From NCBI GenBank assembly GCA_012295275.1, contig CM022678.1, positions 7,998,001-8,062,000 of the forward strand: a stretch of DNA of 64,000 nucleotides, given 5' to 3'. Numbering within the stretch: position 1 is the first letter of the stretch; each line of letters begins with the position of its first letter. The DNA comes from Chrysomallon squamiferum (Eukaryota; Animalia; Mollusca). Made by a program: the position numbers and the translations under genes. The notes under the pieces were generated by a model. That model did no database searches. It had not been told where the DNA came from and worked only from the letters and a program-made list of their open reading frames with translations. Shown in pieces: positions 1-11,974 of this stretch.

Positions 1-17
1 AAAATATTTGAGATCTG

Positions 18-60
<43 letters not shown>

Positions 61-659
61 GACAGTGAAAAAAAAAATAAATTCCTGCATTTATACTAAT
101 AGTAACAGCAACAACAACATCAACTAAAACAAAAAAATAATAATTACTGATGACTGTTTTTCATTCTGACATTAAGAAATACATTTCACACATTAATAAT
201 TTTGAATGTATTCAAAATAATAATAACAGTAATAACAATAAAAATAGTAATAGTAATAGTAATAATAATACTAATGGTAATAATAATACTAATATTAACA
301 AAACGGATAACAAATATCAATATTAACAACAATAATAAAAAAAATAATAACAGTAATAAAAATCACAATGATAAAGGGACCCAAATAATATCAGTAACAA
401 CAATAAATGTGCACAGGTTTAATATTATATTATTTCTATTTTTACCTCAGCAAGTTTTTCTTTATAATTTTTTTTCAGATCAGTAGCACTGTCAAACATT
501 TGTCCAGTGTAGAGGGCTGAATAGTCTGATAGTCTGCAAAATGTCGTCATCTTTACCAGCAAAATCTACCCCTGTCTGTCTGCTTGCAATTTCATTTGCT
601 TTACCAAAATCTATAACTTTTATATCCAAAGGTTTCTGAAACATGACATTACCAGCTGG

Positions 660-860
660 AAGATAAATAAGTAAATAAATGAATAAATAAATAAAAAAAT
701 AGAATAAAATAAAATAAATAAATAAGAAACTAAATAAATAAATTAAATAAAATAAAATAAATAAGAAACTAAATAAATAAAATAAAATAAAATAAATAAA
801 TAAGAAACTAAATAAATAAAATAAAATAAAATAAATAAATAAGAAACTAAATAAATAAGT
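660..860. repeat. AT-rich minisatellite (~30-bp unit containing taagaaactaaataaata), also at ~29040-29240
   Basis: Four taagaaactaaataaata cores separated by (aaaat)n, in the intron before the DFG exon. Confidence 0.7.
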
Positions 861-1401
861 AAATCAATATAACTTTAAAAAAAACAAATTCAGATATGTT
901 TTGGAGACTATGACCTAAAAGTGCTATAACCTAACCAATACAATACAAATAAAATTTAACCTAACCAATACAATACAAATAAAATTTATGAAGAAAAACG
1001 TGATTACATCCATTGATCTTTTTCAACTACGTTTCTGTATCCTGTATTCATGTAGTTAAGTTTAGTCAGAATTTTCAGCGATTTTAATTTTAACAGCCAT
1101 GGAGATGGGAGTTGTAAATAGACAGTTAACAATATCAGGAATAAAAATATTTGTATATCTGAATAACTGTCAGGTGCTACTTAATAAGATCTATTTGGGG
1201 ATTCTAAGGACTGTGTAAATATGCTAAGTAATTAAAAATGCTTCAAACTATGCAGGTCTCCGTGACTCCAGTTCTTTTCATGCATCCTTCTGACTGCACT
1301 GAGTAAACCTTTGAAAACGTAGAGAGAAAACGGGCGGCGACAATCCGCAGGTATTACACTCTCCTCCAAGATGTCTTTCAGTGTGATTGCTGAATATTGA
1401 T

Positions 1402-1402
<1 letters not shown>

Positions 1403-1447
<45 letters not shown>

Positions 1448-1479
1448 TAACAACAATAATAAAAATATAAAAAAAATAA

Positions 1480-1524
<45 letters not shown>

Positions 1525-1545
1525 GCTACTACTACTAATAGTAAT
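1403..1545. repeat. (TAA)n-type microsatellite next to the acceptor of the catalytic-loop exon; equivalents at ~17478-17670, ~29780-29865, ~43585-43665, ~59320-59355
   Basis: Trinucleotide runs seen directly; they produce the poly-L/Y/I/N ORFs in the track. Confidence 0.85.
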
Positions 1546-4500
1546 AAAAAAATCAGAAAGCAGTACAAATTGAAAATGAAATAGAACAAAATGAATGTGT
1601 TAAATATTCAAGTATGCACTCTGAAAAAATCATTATGAAAATAGTTCAAATAAGAACTTTTATTTAATGCTAAAAACAATTTGTATCTACATGTGTATCT
1701 ACATGCGTGATTGCAAAATTCTTTTTATACTGATTATATCTGTAACCAGCCAGTAAATAAAACTATATCTATAGCAAAATTTATTATCTGCAGTTGAATA
1801 TAAAATGATAATAAAAGAAACATTTGTTATATTTTGTTTCAGGGTAGCACAAGAGCTATTTTTAAATAAAAGGTAAAATAAAAATTTGCTTCTTCTCACC
1901 TTGCTTGAGTTCTTCCATGTGAAAACAGATCTCATTCTCTTCCCTTCTAATCAGATACAACTTGGGTACAAATTCTGTTTCATTCAAATCAACCCAACAT
2001 TTTACTTCATTTTCTCTAAACTGGCTGATCATAACCTGAAATTCATCAAACTATTGAAAATCACTGTATAAACTGATGGATATTAAAAAAGGAATGAATG
2101 AAGAGAACAGATGAATAAATGGATAAATAATCAGTCTGTGAATAATATTAAAGGAGGAACAAATGAATAGAGGAATGAATAAAATAATAACTGATCAACA
2201 AAATCTCCATTTCACAAATTTTACTAGATGGTATGTTTATGTTTATATACAAGAAAACATTTCCTATAAAATCAAAGTACTGAAGAGGAAATTCAATGAA
2301 AGAACTATTTTAATAAATAAAGGAAACTTTTCTACACATTTTTCAATGGACAACAGTGAAAATTAAATGCATTGTTTATTTATAATAACTTACTGACTTC
2401 ACCGCATGTTTTGTTTTACTGCCAACATCTTCAACTACGATGATGTCCCCAGCAATGTTTCCTTTTCCAAGAATTTCACCAAGTTGTCTAAACTGTTCAC
2501 CCTTCCTATATTTTCTATTTTTTAGTGTTATCTGTAAAAATAGCATTGACCCATCTGATATTCATAGTTGTAGGTTATTAGCTACAAAACATATTTTTAT
2601 TATTCTATTTTAACTGTAAATATTCATCAAGTTTTCTTACAAAATGGTTATCAGATATTAAATAGTAACATATTTCTACATTGTATGTGCAATTTTAATT
2701 ATAAACACCCATATAACATTCTCTCTCTTGCTCTCACTCTCTCACTCACTCACACACACACACATACACAAAATAGTTCATTTTGAAAGAAATTTAAGAA
2801 AAAAAAAATATAAATAAATTTTAATTTCAAATTGCTATAATAATATCAAGCATTAGGATAATAGAATGGAGAAAAAATTCAAAATCAGAAAGTCTAGTAC
2901 AACAAAATTTTTTTTTTTTTTTATAGTAAGCTGTAAATTTGAGTCAGGTCATATACTACAAACTGCTTTTTCACCTTCATCAACTTTATCTTATTTTCAC
3001 AAAAATCATTAAAACAAGACTGAGATACACAATGTTGTTAAGCATTTTTTTGCTTTCTTTGTTGTTTGAATTTTGTATTTTTAAATTACTTCTGAACCAT
3101 CAAAAACAACATCAGTGGGGATATGATGTTTCAAAATCACCTTCGATGAATCAAGAACCACACCAGCAGGGCTACGGTTTTCTTTCTCATATTCAATCAA
3201 CTCCATCATCGACTTTATTCTTCGGGTGATATCTTCATCTGATTTGGGTTGCTGTATAACGTCTGCTTCTGATTTGTCAAGATAATAAAGTCTTGGGATT
3301 GTCCTAAACAAAAAAATATTCTTATTCAATAATTGATCTTTCTCATGCATACTCGAACTAAACTGAACAGAAATTTATTTACACTTGGTCTGTAGTCTAT
3401 AGCGTTTGAAGATACATTCAGTACGAAACTAAATGGTTTACAGAGAATACAAATTACAGTTTAATAAAGACCAATTAAATTTGCTTACTTTTCATCCTTG
3501 TATGTCAATTTAACAGTGCCTTTGGCATCTTCCTCTAAGTGAGCTAAAATGAGCATAGTTTCTAAACTGTAATCAGAATAGATGACTAGAAATTCAAAAC
3601 TGTCCAGTCATATTACAAATTACAAAATCTACTGCAATAAACCAAAAATGATTATTATAACTTGTACGAATAATTAAAAAAAAAGTAATAAAACAAAGAA
3701 TATGGGAATATATAAAAATATAGTTTCACAGAACACGAATAAACTACATGTATTTTGTACAATTCTAAACTGTGAGACCTTTAACAAGTACAAATAGTTT
3801 CTGTCAGTAGAACTGTGTGTACACATCAGTTAAAATAGACTAATGAAAAGATACTGTGTACATTTTTAAACTGTGAGATCTGAATAAAGTATAATGGGTT
3901 TCTGTCAGTATAACAATGACTTGCATTTTAAACTCATCCAAACAGTTTTAAATACAGTTTAAATACACATTTAAGAAAACCCTAAAAAAAACCTTACCTT
4001 TCTTTTCAACAACATAATTGAGGACAAGCTTCATTCTGCGTTGTGTTTGTGGTGATAGCTGTTCAATTTTGGAAAGAAATTCATCTATGTGAAAAAGAAA
4101 CAGAAATTACAGAAACAGTACAAGATGTAAATTTACAATAATTGTTACTGTAAGTTTTTTGGTGTTAATAAAATTTTAAATAAATAAAACCTTAGTAATT
4201 GCTAACTGTTAGAGTAATTGTTTAATAATGCTTCATGATCTAAGTTTGTGTACATCAGAATATTTGAATGTGTTTGTGTGTGTATGTGCATTTTGTGTAT
4301 GTATTTATGTGTTTGTGTATTTGTGTATTTATGTAGGTTTTGTATTTGTTTAGGATTTGTTTGTGAATGTGCATGTGTGAGTGGACATATACATATATAT
4401 TACTGTGTATGTATTTATGCATATGTGTGAGATGGTTTTGGTTTTTTCTTATTTATGTGGATAAATTACTTATGTATGTTTACATTTATGTGTGTGTGTT

Positions 4501-5674
4501 TCTACCTGTTGATGTGAGTATGTTTACATGCATATCTGTGGGACAGTTTTATAAAGTGCACACCTATACACATAAGCAAATATATATATATATATCAAAT
4601 AACTGGTTACTGTCTTACAATATCAGCTTTAGCCTCTGAACGTTACAATGAGGCTAAACTACACACCAAAATAAACTAGTTCTTAAATAACAACAATTTT
4701 AATTTTTATTTTATTATTATTATTATTTTTTGTTGTTATTGTAAAAGCTACATTCAGTATGGTCATTTAAGATCTAAACCAGCAATTAGAAACTAAACAA
4801 ATTGCTTAGAATCATATGTGTGTGAGCGTGTTTTTGGTATGTATGTATGAATGTATGTATGTGTGTGTGTGTCTGAGCATGTGTGTGTTTGTGTGTGCCT
4901 ATGTAAGAGACTATACTAACTTAGTGTGTGTGTGTGTGTGTGTGTGTGTGAGGACAAATGTGTGTTTAACACATACCAGTCTTAAGAGAAGTCTGCTGGA
5001 GCCTGTGTTTGTCTTTCAGAGTAACTTCTAAATTGTCCCCTTTATCAATAGCCAGTGATAAATCTCTATCCATATTTGACAGAAGAGTTATTTTCTCCTG
5101 GCTTTTTACTGTAATTGTTTCTTCATGTATTGTGATTAATCTGTAAATACAATTATCAAATAGGAAAAACTGACAAATATGAAGTACACATTAAGGCGAT
5201 ATTTCTGCAACTTAAAAACAACAACATACTTTTTTTCTATAAAAATACATCAAATCAATTTATTTTACAAAATTTTAATGAATTTAACAAAACTGTATTT
5301 TTTTTTTTTTACTAAAGTATTATATGTATTAATCTTACCTTTGAACTATGGATTTCTTTATTTAAATTTGTTACTTTCCACAGAATATGAAAAATTATTT
5401 AAATAAATTTAATTGTTCAAGTTAAATACTATTGTTATTTTAAACTTGAAATATGTGCAGTTTAATGAGACATACACACACTACACACACAATGACACAT
5501 GTATGTGTAATCAATATTTTAAGTACAATGCATTCAGATTCAGTTACTAATATTTGTATAAACTATTCTTCATTAAAAGTTATAAATAAATTTATGGTGT
5601 TTAAGAAGTTATAAAAGTACTTTTGTTAATCAAATCTGAATTTGATTTTGTTTTAATAAATCATGAGATCTTAC

Positions 5675-6170
5675 CAACGTTGTACTGCAAGCTGTTATGG
5701 TTGTTAGTATTTTCATTCTTTTTTTTTAAATATCTAAAAGTAGGTCAGTTAAATGTTCGTAAGCAAGTGGCTTAAATGGAAAGAAAATAAACAATTTAAA
5801 AAAAAAAAAAAAATGTATATAGATTATTCAGGCTAAACACTATTCTCTGTCAATAGCTACCTGGAGCCCCCTTGTATATAATCCAAATAAAATAATCCAG
5901 CGAGAAATAACAAAACAAAGAACAAACAAATAAACAAACATTGCTAGGAGTGGTGAGGTACTTGCACGGATTATTAACACTTACAACAAAATGTTTATTT
6001 AACAAAGGCCTATTCTTCTCGCCCAGTGAACAACGCGATAAATAACCCAATTCGCTCCAGTGTACTTCGGTTTCTGTTTGTGTTTGAAATAAATTAACCA
6101 GACCAAACAATTTAACATTAGATTACATAACCGAGCGTAAAACTGCTGCCCAGCCGGTGTTCTGTCAAAT
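5675..6170 (-). promoter_or_regulatory. Putative promoter and non-coding first exon of kinase A (copy at ~34000-34460 for B, diverged copy at ~47780-48100 for D)
   Basis: Consensus donor gtaaga at 5674-5669 (minus), TATA-like TTATATA at ~5875-5882 (minus), locally higher GC/CpG, and the block recurs upstream of three paralogs. Confidence 0.35.
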
Positions 6171-6195
6171 AGTTACTCATTACTTATGTACACAA

Positions 6196-6196
<1 letters not shown>

Positions 6197-6248
<52 letters not shown>

Positions 6249-6391
6249 AAATATCAATAACAATAAATAAATAAATTGTGTAGGGATTTAGTGGATTGTT
6301 GCGTTTGTTTGTTTGTTGATTGATTTATTTTATTCTATTTTATTATTGTTTCATTTCATTTAATAATTTGATTTGATTGACTGGTTGATTG

Positions 6392-6441
<50 letters not shown>

Positions 6442-6500
6442 CATTTATTTATTTATTTATTTACTTACTTACTTACTTACTTACTTATTTCATTTTTATT
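6197..6500. repeat. Compound microsatellite (TAA)n/(TTA)n/(TTAT)n/(TTAC)n; duplicated at ~34485-34770
   Basis: Seen directly in sequence. Confidence 0.85.
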
Positions 6501-6999
6501 TATTCCCGGGTTTTCCAAAATAATTATATTTTGTTTGTTTGTTTGTTGATTGATTGATTTTTGTTTCTTACTGTGGTCTCGTTAAACATTCATTCATTTA
6601 TTCAATTGGTCATAAAGTGAGTGTAAAAGTCTCACAAATACCACCTTTACTTTTAATAGTTTTATTATTATTATTAGAAAGCTTTTGTTTATTGCATTGT
6701 AATAAACATTTTTAAATTATGTGTATGTTTTTATTATCATTCACCCTTAAATATATGGGAAAAGTTAATAGTATTTTAGTAAACAAATTTTAAACCTACA
6801 GTAGCAAGGATCAAATATGTTTAACACCGGAATATTCAACTGGTAACCTACTGATTTTGAATTCCCCGCTGAACGTTATAGCGTAGCATAATTTTTATAA
6901 CAGTCACTATTTAGGAGGCAAAATACGAAACTGATTAAAATGTAAACATTAAATTCAATATATATTGCAAGTTTTTGTTTATTTCCATTTAGTATATGT

Positions 7000-9900
7000 G
7001 AATACCGTAACATTCTTTCCTTTTTAACGTCTAAGCGAGTTGTCGGACGATATCCAAGAAGAGTAACTCCAAATTGTTTAATGGTGCAGTTTGTGATTGA
7101 AATTCATTACGAAACTTTGGAGATACGAGGTTGTTGGTGTATGGCTAAATACAACTCATATTTCTACTTTTATAATCTAATAACATTAAGAGTCCCAACC
7201 GTTCTATGCTACTCTTTCATAAGCTTGTTTCATATAATGATATATGAATTAAAAATATCAAAACTATCAGCCTATATTAGTATATATAACAATACAGAAA
7301 CAGGGTGTATGAATTTGTGATTGAAATATACAAGAACTAAAGCGAGTAAAATATTTGTATTTGGAAAGCTATTATTATTATTATCTACATTTTTTCATTG
7401 CAGTATACTAACCTGCACAAAAATAAATCTTCCGTCACTGGTTTCAACCTTTTTCATACCGCGACCCCTTATTATCTTACGAGCAACTGAATATGACCGA
7501 TGACCCCCTTTAAAATGTTTGATTCAATAACATCTAGGGTTACCATATTTTCATCAAAGACAGTACAAAACGAATCTGAATTTTAATTTATTTAGCTATT
7601 AGTATTCTCGAACGCGATAACACAAAATCATAATGTAATTCAAAGTAAGTAATTTATTTCTGACGTTAAAATCTTTAAAAGTTTAAAAAAATACAAATTA
7701 GACAAATCATGGTTTTCAACCAAAGGTCCAATGATTCTTAACAATGTGTGCCGTATTTTAATTTTCTAGTATTTCTATCATGCCCAGTCAAGAAGAGATC
7801 AACAAGAACTCCGGTAGCGACAATAACATCCTCAGGTGTGATTACATTTTGTCCATCCACATCATCATGGCCAATCCATGTTATCTTGTCTGCAGAACAG
7901 AATAATGTAATGGAATAACGTGTTAAACTGTTGCAAATATGTATTTCCTCATTTGTTACCGTCTTAAATAATTGTGTGTAAAACTACATCAACAATTAAC
8001 ATAATAGTTTACCTTTTTGGCAAAGGAGATTCTTTCATCTTTTTTAATTGTTAAATAACTGAATCAATCAAAGAATGCTACAATAGCTGATTGTATAACA
8101 AGAAATGGTCTTTAAAAACAAACTGAAAAAAAAAAAAAGAAGTCATATCTGATGTGAACTGTTAATTTTTTCATTTGAAACCATATGATTGAAACATCAA
8201 CAGTATCACTGGCTTAGACATATGAGTGTGGTATGTTACTCTATGTTTGTATACACAAAACAAAGAACTATGATTATATTTTTGCAGTGTTTGGAAGAAA
8301 TCATTTGAGACATGATACTTTCGTTGGTGATAGATACCACTGTTGTAGAATTATATGTATCCATGAGTTCTAAAACTGAGTTGCATGTACTTCCAGACAG
8401 ATATATTAATTACACGAGATACTAATGACTGTTTTAAGAATTTGATTGTTAGTTTTTTGTTTACTCAACACCAATTTTGTAATAACATTCATTTGTCATC
8501 AACTATCTAGTCATTTGAGTTATTACATACACACATAGTGTACACAAACATGTACATACACATTAAGATATTTTGTTTCTTCCAGATTTTACTACTTGAA
8601 TTACATTTATTTATTAAATATTTGATTCATTTTCATTTTTTCTTAACATCAAAAATAATAATAGAGGGTTTTTTTTCTACATCGAGTGCTTTACCTATTT
8701 CTTTTTTAAACTGAAATAAGTTATTGTTAAAATGTTGTACAGAGGCGAGTCAGTTAGGTTATTATAATTATTTTTGTTTTTGCTGTCAGATTGATAAAAT
8801 GCTTCTATTCTGTTTACTTTTAGCTGACTCTACTGTTAAAACGGTTTAGTAATAAATTTACTGCCTTAAAGGTTTTTTTCTGTTTTGCTTTTTCTCTGGT
8901 GATGGTTAACAGACGGTACCATGCACGAATAAATAAATATTTGTTTAACAACCATGCGACAGGTAAACTACTAATGTGGTAAATGTTCTTTATGAGCGTC
9001 TTTTTGAACACAATGGGACTGAAGATTGATCCCACAGCTAGTAGCATCTCAGTCCAACAATATGGTCTGTTAATGATAAAAGAGAAGAAACCTGATTACT
9101 TAGTTCTACACGCTGTTATAGCTTTTTATAAACATCTGCTGGGTATGTGGTTGGAACAGGAAAGAAAACGGCAGGTGCTGGAAGGACAATTGAAAATGTA
9201 GTTCAGAACATCTCCACACATGTATAATTTATTTTTACCTGGTTTAACCAACAACACAGGTAATCTAGAGCTACCAACTATAAACAGATAAAGAAACACT
9301 TTATAAAATGACTAAGTCCATTATTCTTGTACATTTCCATTTTACAGAATATATCTTTTGTCCTTTTAATACATTATGATTATCTTGTCAATACAGAAAT
9401 TAGTTGAAACTGCGTAGATTTTGCTTGCTCACATTAACCATGTAGAACCATATTCCAATTTCTCAGAAAGTTATGATTAAAAATCTTGTAAAATATCAAA
9501 AATGATTTGTGAAAAAGTTGTTATAAAATTAATTACATTTTTGCAAAATTAAAAACTCTAGTTTAAAAGTATCATAAATAAATAATATTAACAATTCTAT
9601 ATGTTACTTTCATCAGCCTATATCAGTATATGAATTAAAAACATCACAACTATCAGAATTACATATTACAGAAACATCATCAGAATAAAATATTATAAAT
9701 ATTTCCTTACTGTATTGACAAGACAAAGTATTAAAAGAAGCACAATTTATTAAAAAAAAAAAAAAAAATTTCTGAGTATAGAATTTTGTTAGAATATAAA
9801 CAAATAATCTTCAAGACATGATTTGTAAATTAGAGGAAAGACAAATAGAAAATTTTCAAAGATCGACCCATACATAACACTGTTTGTTTCTGCGTTGATC

Positions 9901-11180
9901 ACCCCACTTTTCTCAGTCAGTTCAGTAACCACAGCAAATAATCTCAGTTTGAATACTGCATAGTTGACAAGTTCTCAAGTAAATGTGTTATGCAGAAGAT
10001 GATGCCCGACAAAAAAGGAAGTGATTATTATTTGCTTTTCTTACAGTTTATTTGTTTTTATTTATTTTATAACATATTTGTGAGCTGTGATCATTAGAAT
10101 ATAGGCAGACAGGAGAAATGTTTGTTAAAATTTCAAAAACAGGGAGGGTTATATCTTGTAAACTACTTGTGTGGTCATGCTAAAACTGGAAATATCAGCT
10201 TCTTCTATGCCAGTTATCTTTACTACCCTAACTTCAGATCTTAAATAACAGAATCGTATCTTGAAGATTATTAAAATCCAGAAATAAATTGTTAGTAATG
10301 CAACAAAAACTATTTACAAACATAAGAAAACTCTTAAAATATAAAAAAAAATGAAAAAGAAAAAGTCTATTAATAAATAAATAAATAAACTTTACTATAT
10401 TCACTGGCTTTAAGTCAAGGCTAAAAAATTCTGTCATTTAAATTAGCGTCATGAGAGAAAATTTGAAAAAACAAACAATAACAATAATCAATAAACCACT
10501 GAAATCAGATACAATTTTAAAATAATTAAGTTTTTGACATTATGGGAAAAAAATTATAAATCTTAAACTTATAGTAGAGAAAAATATTTGAATGTTTTCA
10601 ATAAAGACATCAGTAAATATCCAAAAATGAATAAAAAAAAAAAATTATAAATAAAATATAAAAAAAAAAAAAAAAAAAATTACAAAAACCTAGATAAGAA
10701 ATGTAACAGAAAAAAATGAAACCTACTGCACAATAATGATAAAAAATTACACACACACTCTTGTATCAAAGTTTTACAAATCAGAAATAACTTTTAACAA
10801 GAGAAAAAATGATAAATAAAATAAGTACAAAAAAAGGAAGAACTTATATTATCATCAGAATAAACAAATGTTATACCTTTCTGAATTTACTTTACATTAA
10901 ATGCCAATTTTGAGTTTGTTAATCCCAGTGTTTCTTAGTTTAAAATAAAGTGTTTTCTGAATTATGTAATTCACTTCACAGAATATAAAATTATGAATAG
11001 AAACAAATTTAGCAAAGAGGCACTACTGAGGTTCCGTCACAATAAGAAAAAAATGTTTTCAGCAGTTTAAACATATGTTAAATACAGAATCTGTATCACT
11101 TAACTATGAACAATAATTAAATATTGTCAGTGGATTTAAATCAACAACAATAACAGATAAACCATTGAAAACGTGAGAAA
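7000..11180. repeat. Intergenic spacer block repeated between kinase paralogs (copies ~35300-41180, ~54900-58600; partial ~25180-25860 and ~48880-49330)
   Basis: Shared marker strings such as catcctcaggtgtgattacattttgtccatccacatc, gggactgaagattgatcccacagctagtagc and gttgatcaccccacttttctcag recur in each spacer. Confidence 0.85.
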
Positions 11181-11185
11181 TTTTA

Positions 11186-11604
11186 CAGGGTGGTCCACAA
11201 AAAGCTGTGCAGTTTTAATTTGCCACAGTTTCTACAAATGTTGCCATTTTTCCAAGATTTTTCTGCCAGGGGTAGGATAGGACACCACCATACGTTTTAG
11301 CAGCAAGAACCATTTTCAAAATGTCCAGTTTTTCCGTTGAATTTTCTATTAATTAATAACATGTTCAATCCAACCCCCACACTGCTGAATCATTAAAGTT
11401 GTTGACGTATCTCTTGGAATTCTCCAAATTTCTCGCCTGATGTTTTCCACAGAACTCCGTAAAATCCCAACTTCTTGTGGACCTCCACTGCAACTGTTCC
11501 AAATGAGTCCTAACGTCCTGCTACATGGTATCATTCACCTGAAAATGGAAATAAAACATTAATTTAAGTCTTTAAAATTGCACTGCTTTTTCTGGACTAT
11601 GCTG
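11186..11604. mobile_element. Non-autonomous Tc1/mariner-superfamily element (~420 bp); fragments at 41086-41184 (left end) and ~58620-58888 (right end)
   Basis: TA-flanked imperfect TIRs CAGGGTGGTCCACAAAAAGCTGTGCAGTTTTAA versus (revcomp) CAGCATAGTCCAGAAAAAGCAGTGCAATTTTAA. The internal minus ORF ends ...SVENIRREIWRIP...IQQCGGWIEHVIN*, like a mariner-type transposase C-terminus. Confidence 0.7.
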
Positions 11605-11974
11605 TAAAATAAATCAGTTTGTTGACACTATGAAAAAAAAAAAAATCTTGATAATAAACTCATAGCGGAGAAAAATGTTTCAATTTTCTCATATCTAAAA
11701 CCAATAAAATTAAAAATTGAAAAATAAACAAAATCCTACATAAAAAAAGGTAACAGGAAAAATAACAAAAAATACTGCAGCTACTGCACAATGATAAAAA
11801 TTATACTTGTATCAAAATTTTACAAATCTGAAATAATTTTTAATAAAAAATTTCTTTTATTTAAATTTCAAAAAAAAATAATAATAAAAAATAAAGACCC
11901 CAATATTTTAAGTCCCTTATGTAACAATTGTTTTGCTAATGTCCTAATTCTCCCATTTAAGTTTTCATTAATAA

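Larger units (their letters stand above)
1..5073 (-). pseudogene. NIK/Tpl2-like Ser/Thr kinase copy A; near-identical to copy B, 2-bp frameshift in the DFG exon; 3' part runs off the window
   Basis: Phase-compatible GT-AG exons: 5073-4977 (MDRDLSLAIDKG...), 4084-3998, 3543-3489, 3303-3141 (or -3090), 2531-2394 (ILGKGNIAG...HAVKS), 2035-1900 (FRENEVKC...FHMEEL), 1389-1249 (...WSHGDLH), 655-446 (TGNVMFQ...VIDFGK), and an exon starting at 14 that leaves the window. At ~515 the plus strand reads agagggctga versus agagggcgctga in B, giving FSPLHWTNV* instead of FSALYTGQ. Confidence 0.75.

Noticed and set aside
202-486. Ile/Asn-rich plus-strand ORFs (also 28583, 42682, 17360, 50092, 52904) that look like membrane peptides
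   Set aside because: They are translations of (TAA)n/(TTC)n microsatellites in introns and spacers.
4248-5031. Cys/Val-rich ORFs (also 32615-33097 and 21546-21855)
   Set aside because: They come from (TG)n-rich intronic sequence and have no domain pattern.
5850-6110. 86-aa minus ORF identical at 34137
   Set aside because: The identity reflects the recent duplication. It has a non-ATG start, no recognisable domain, and overlaps the likely promoter.
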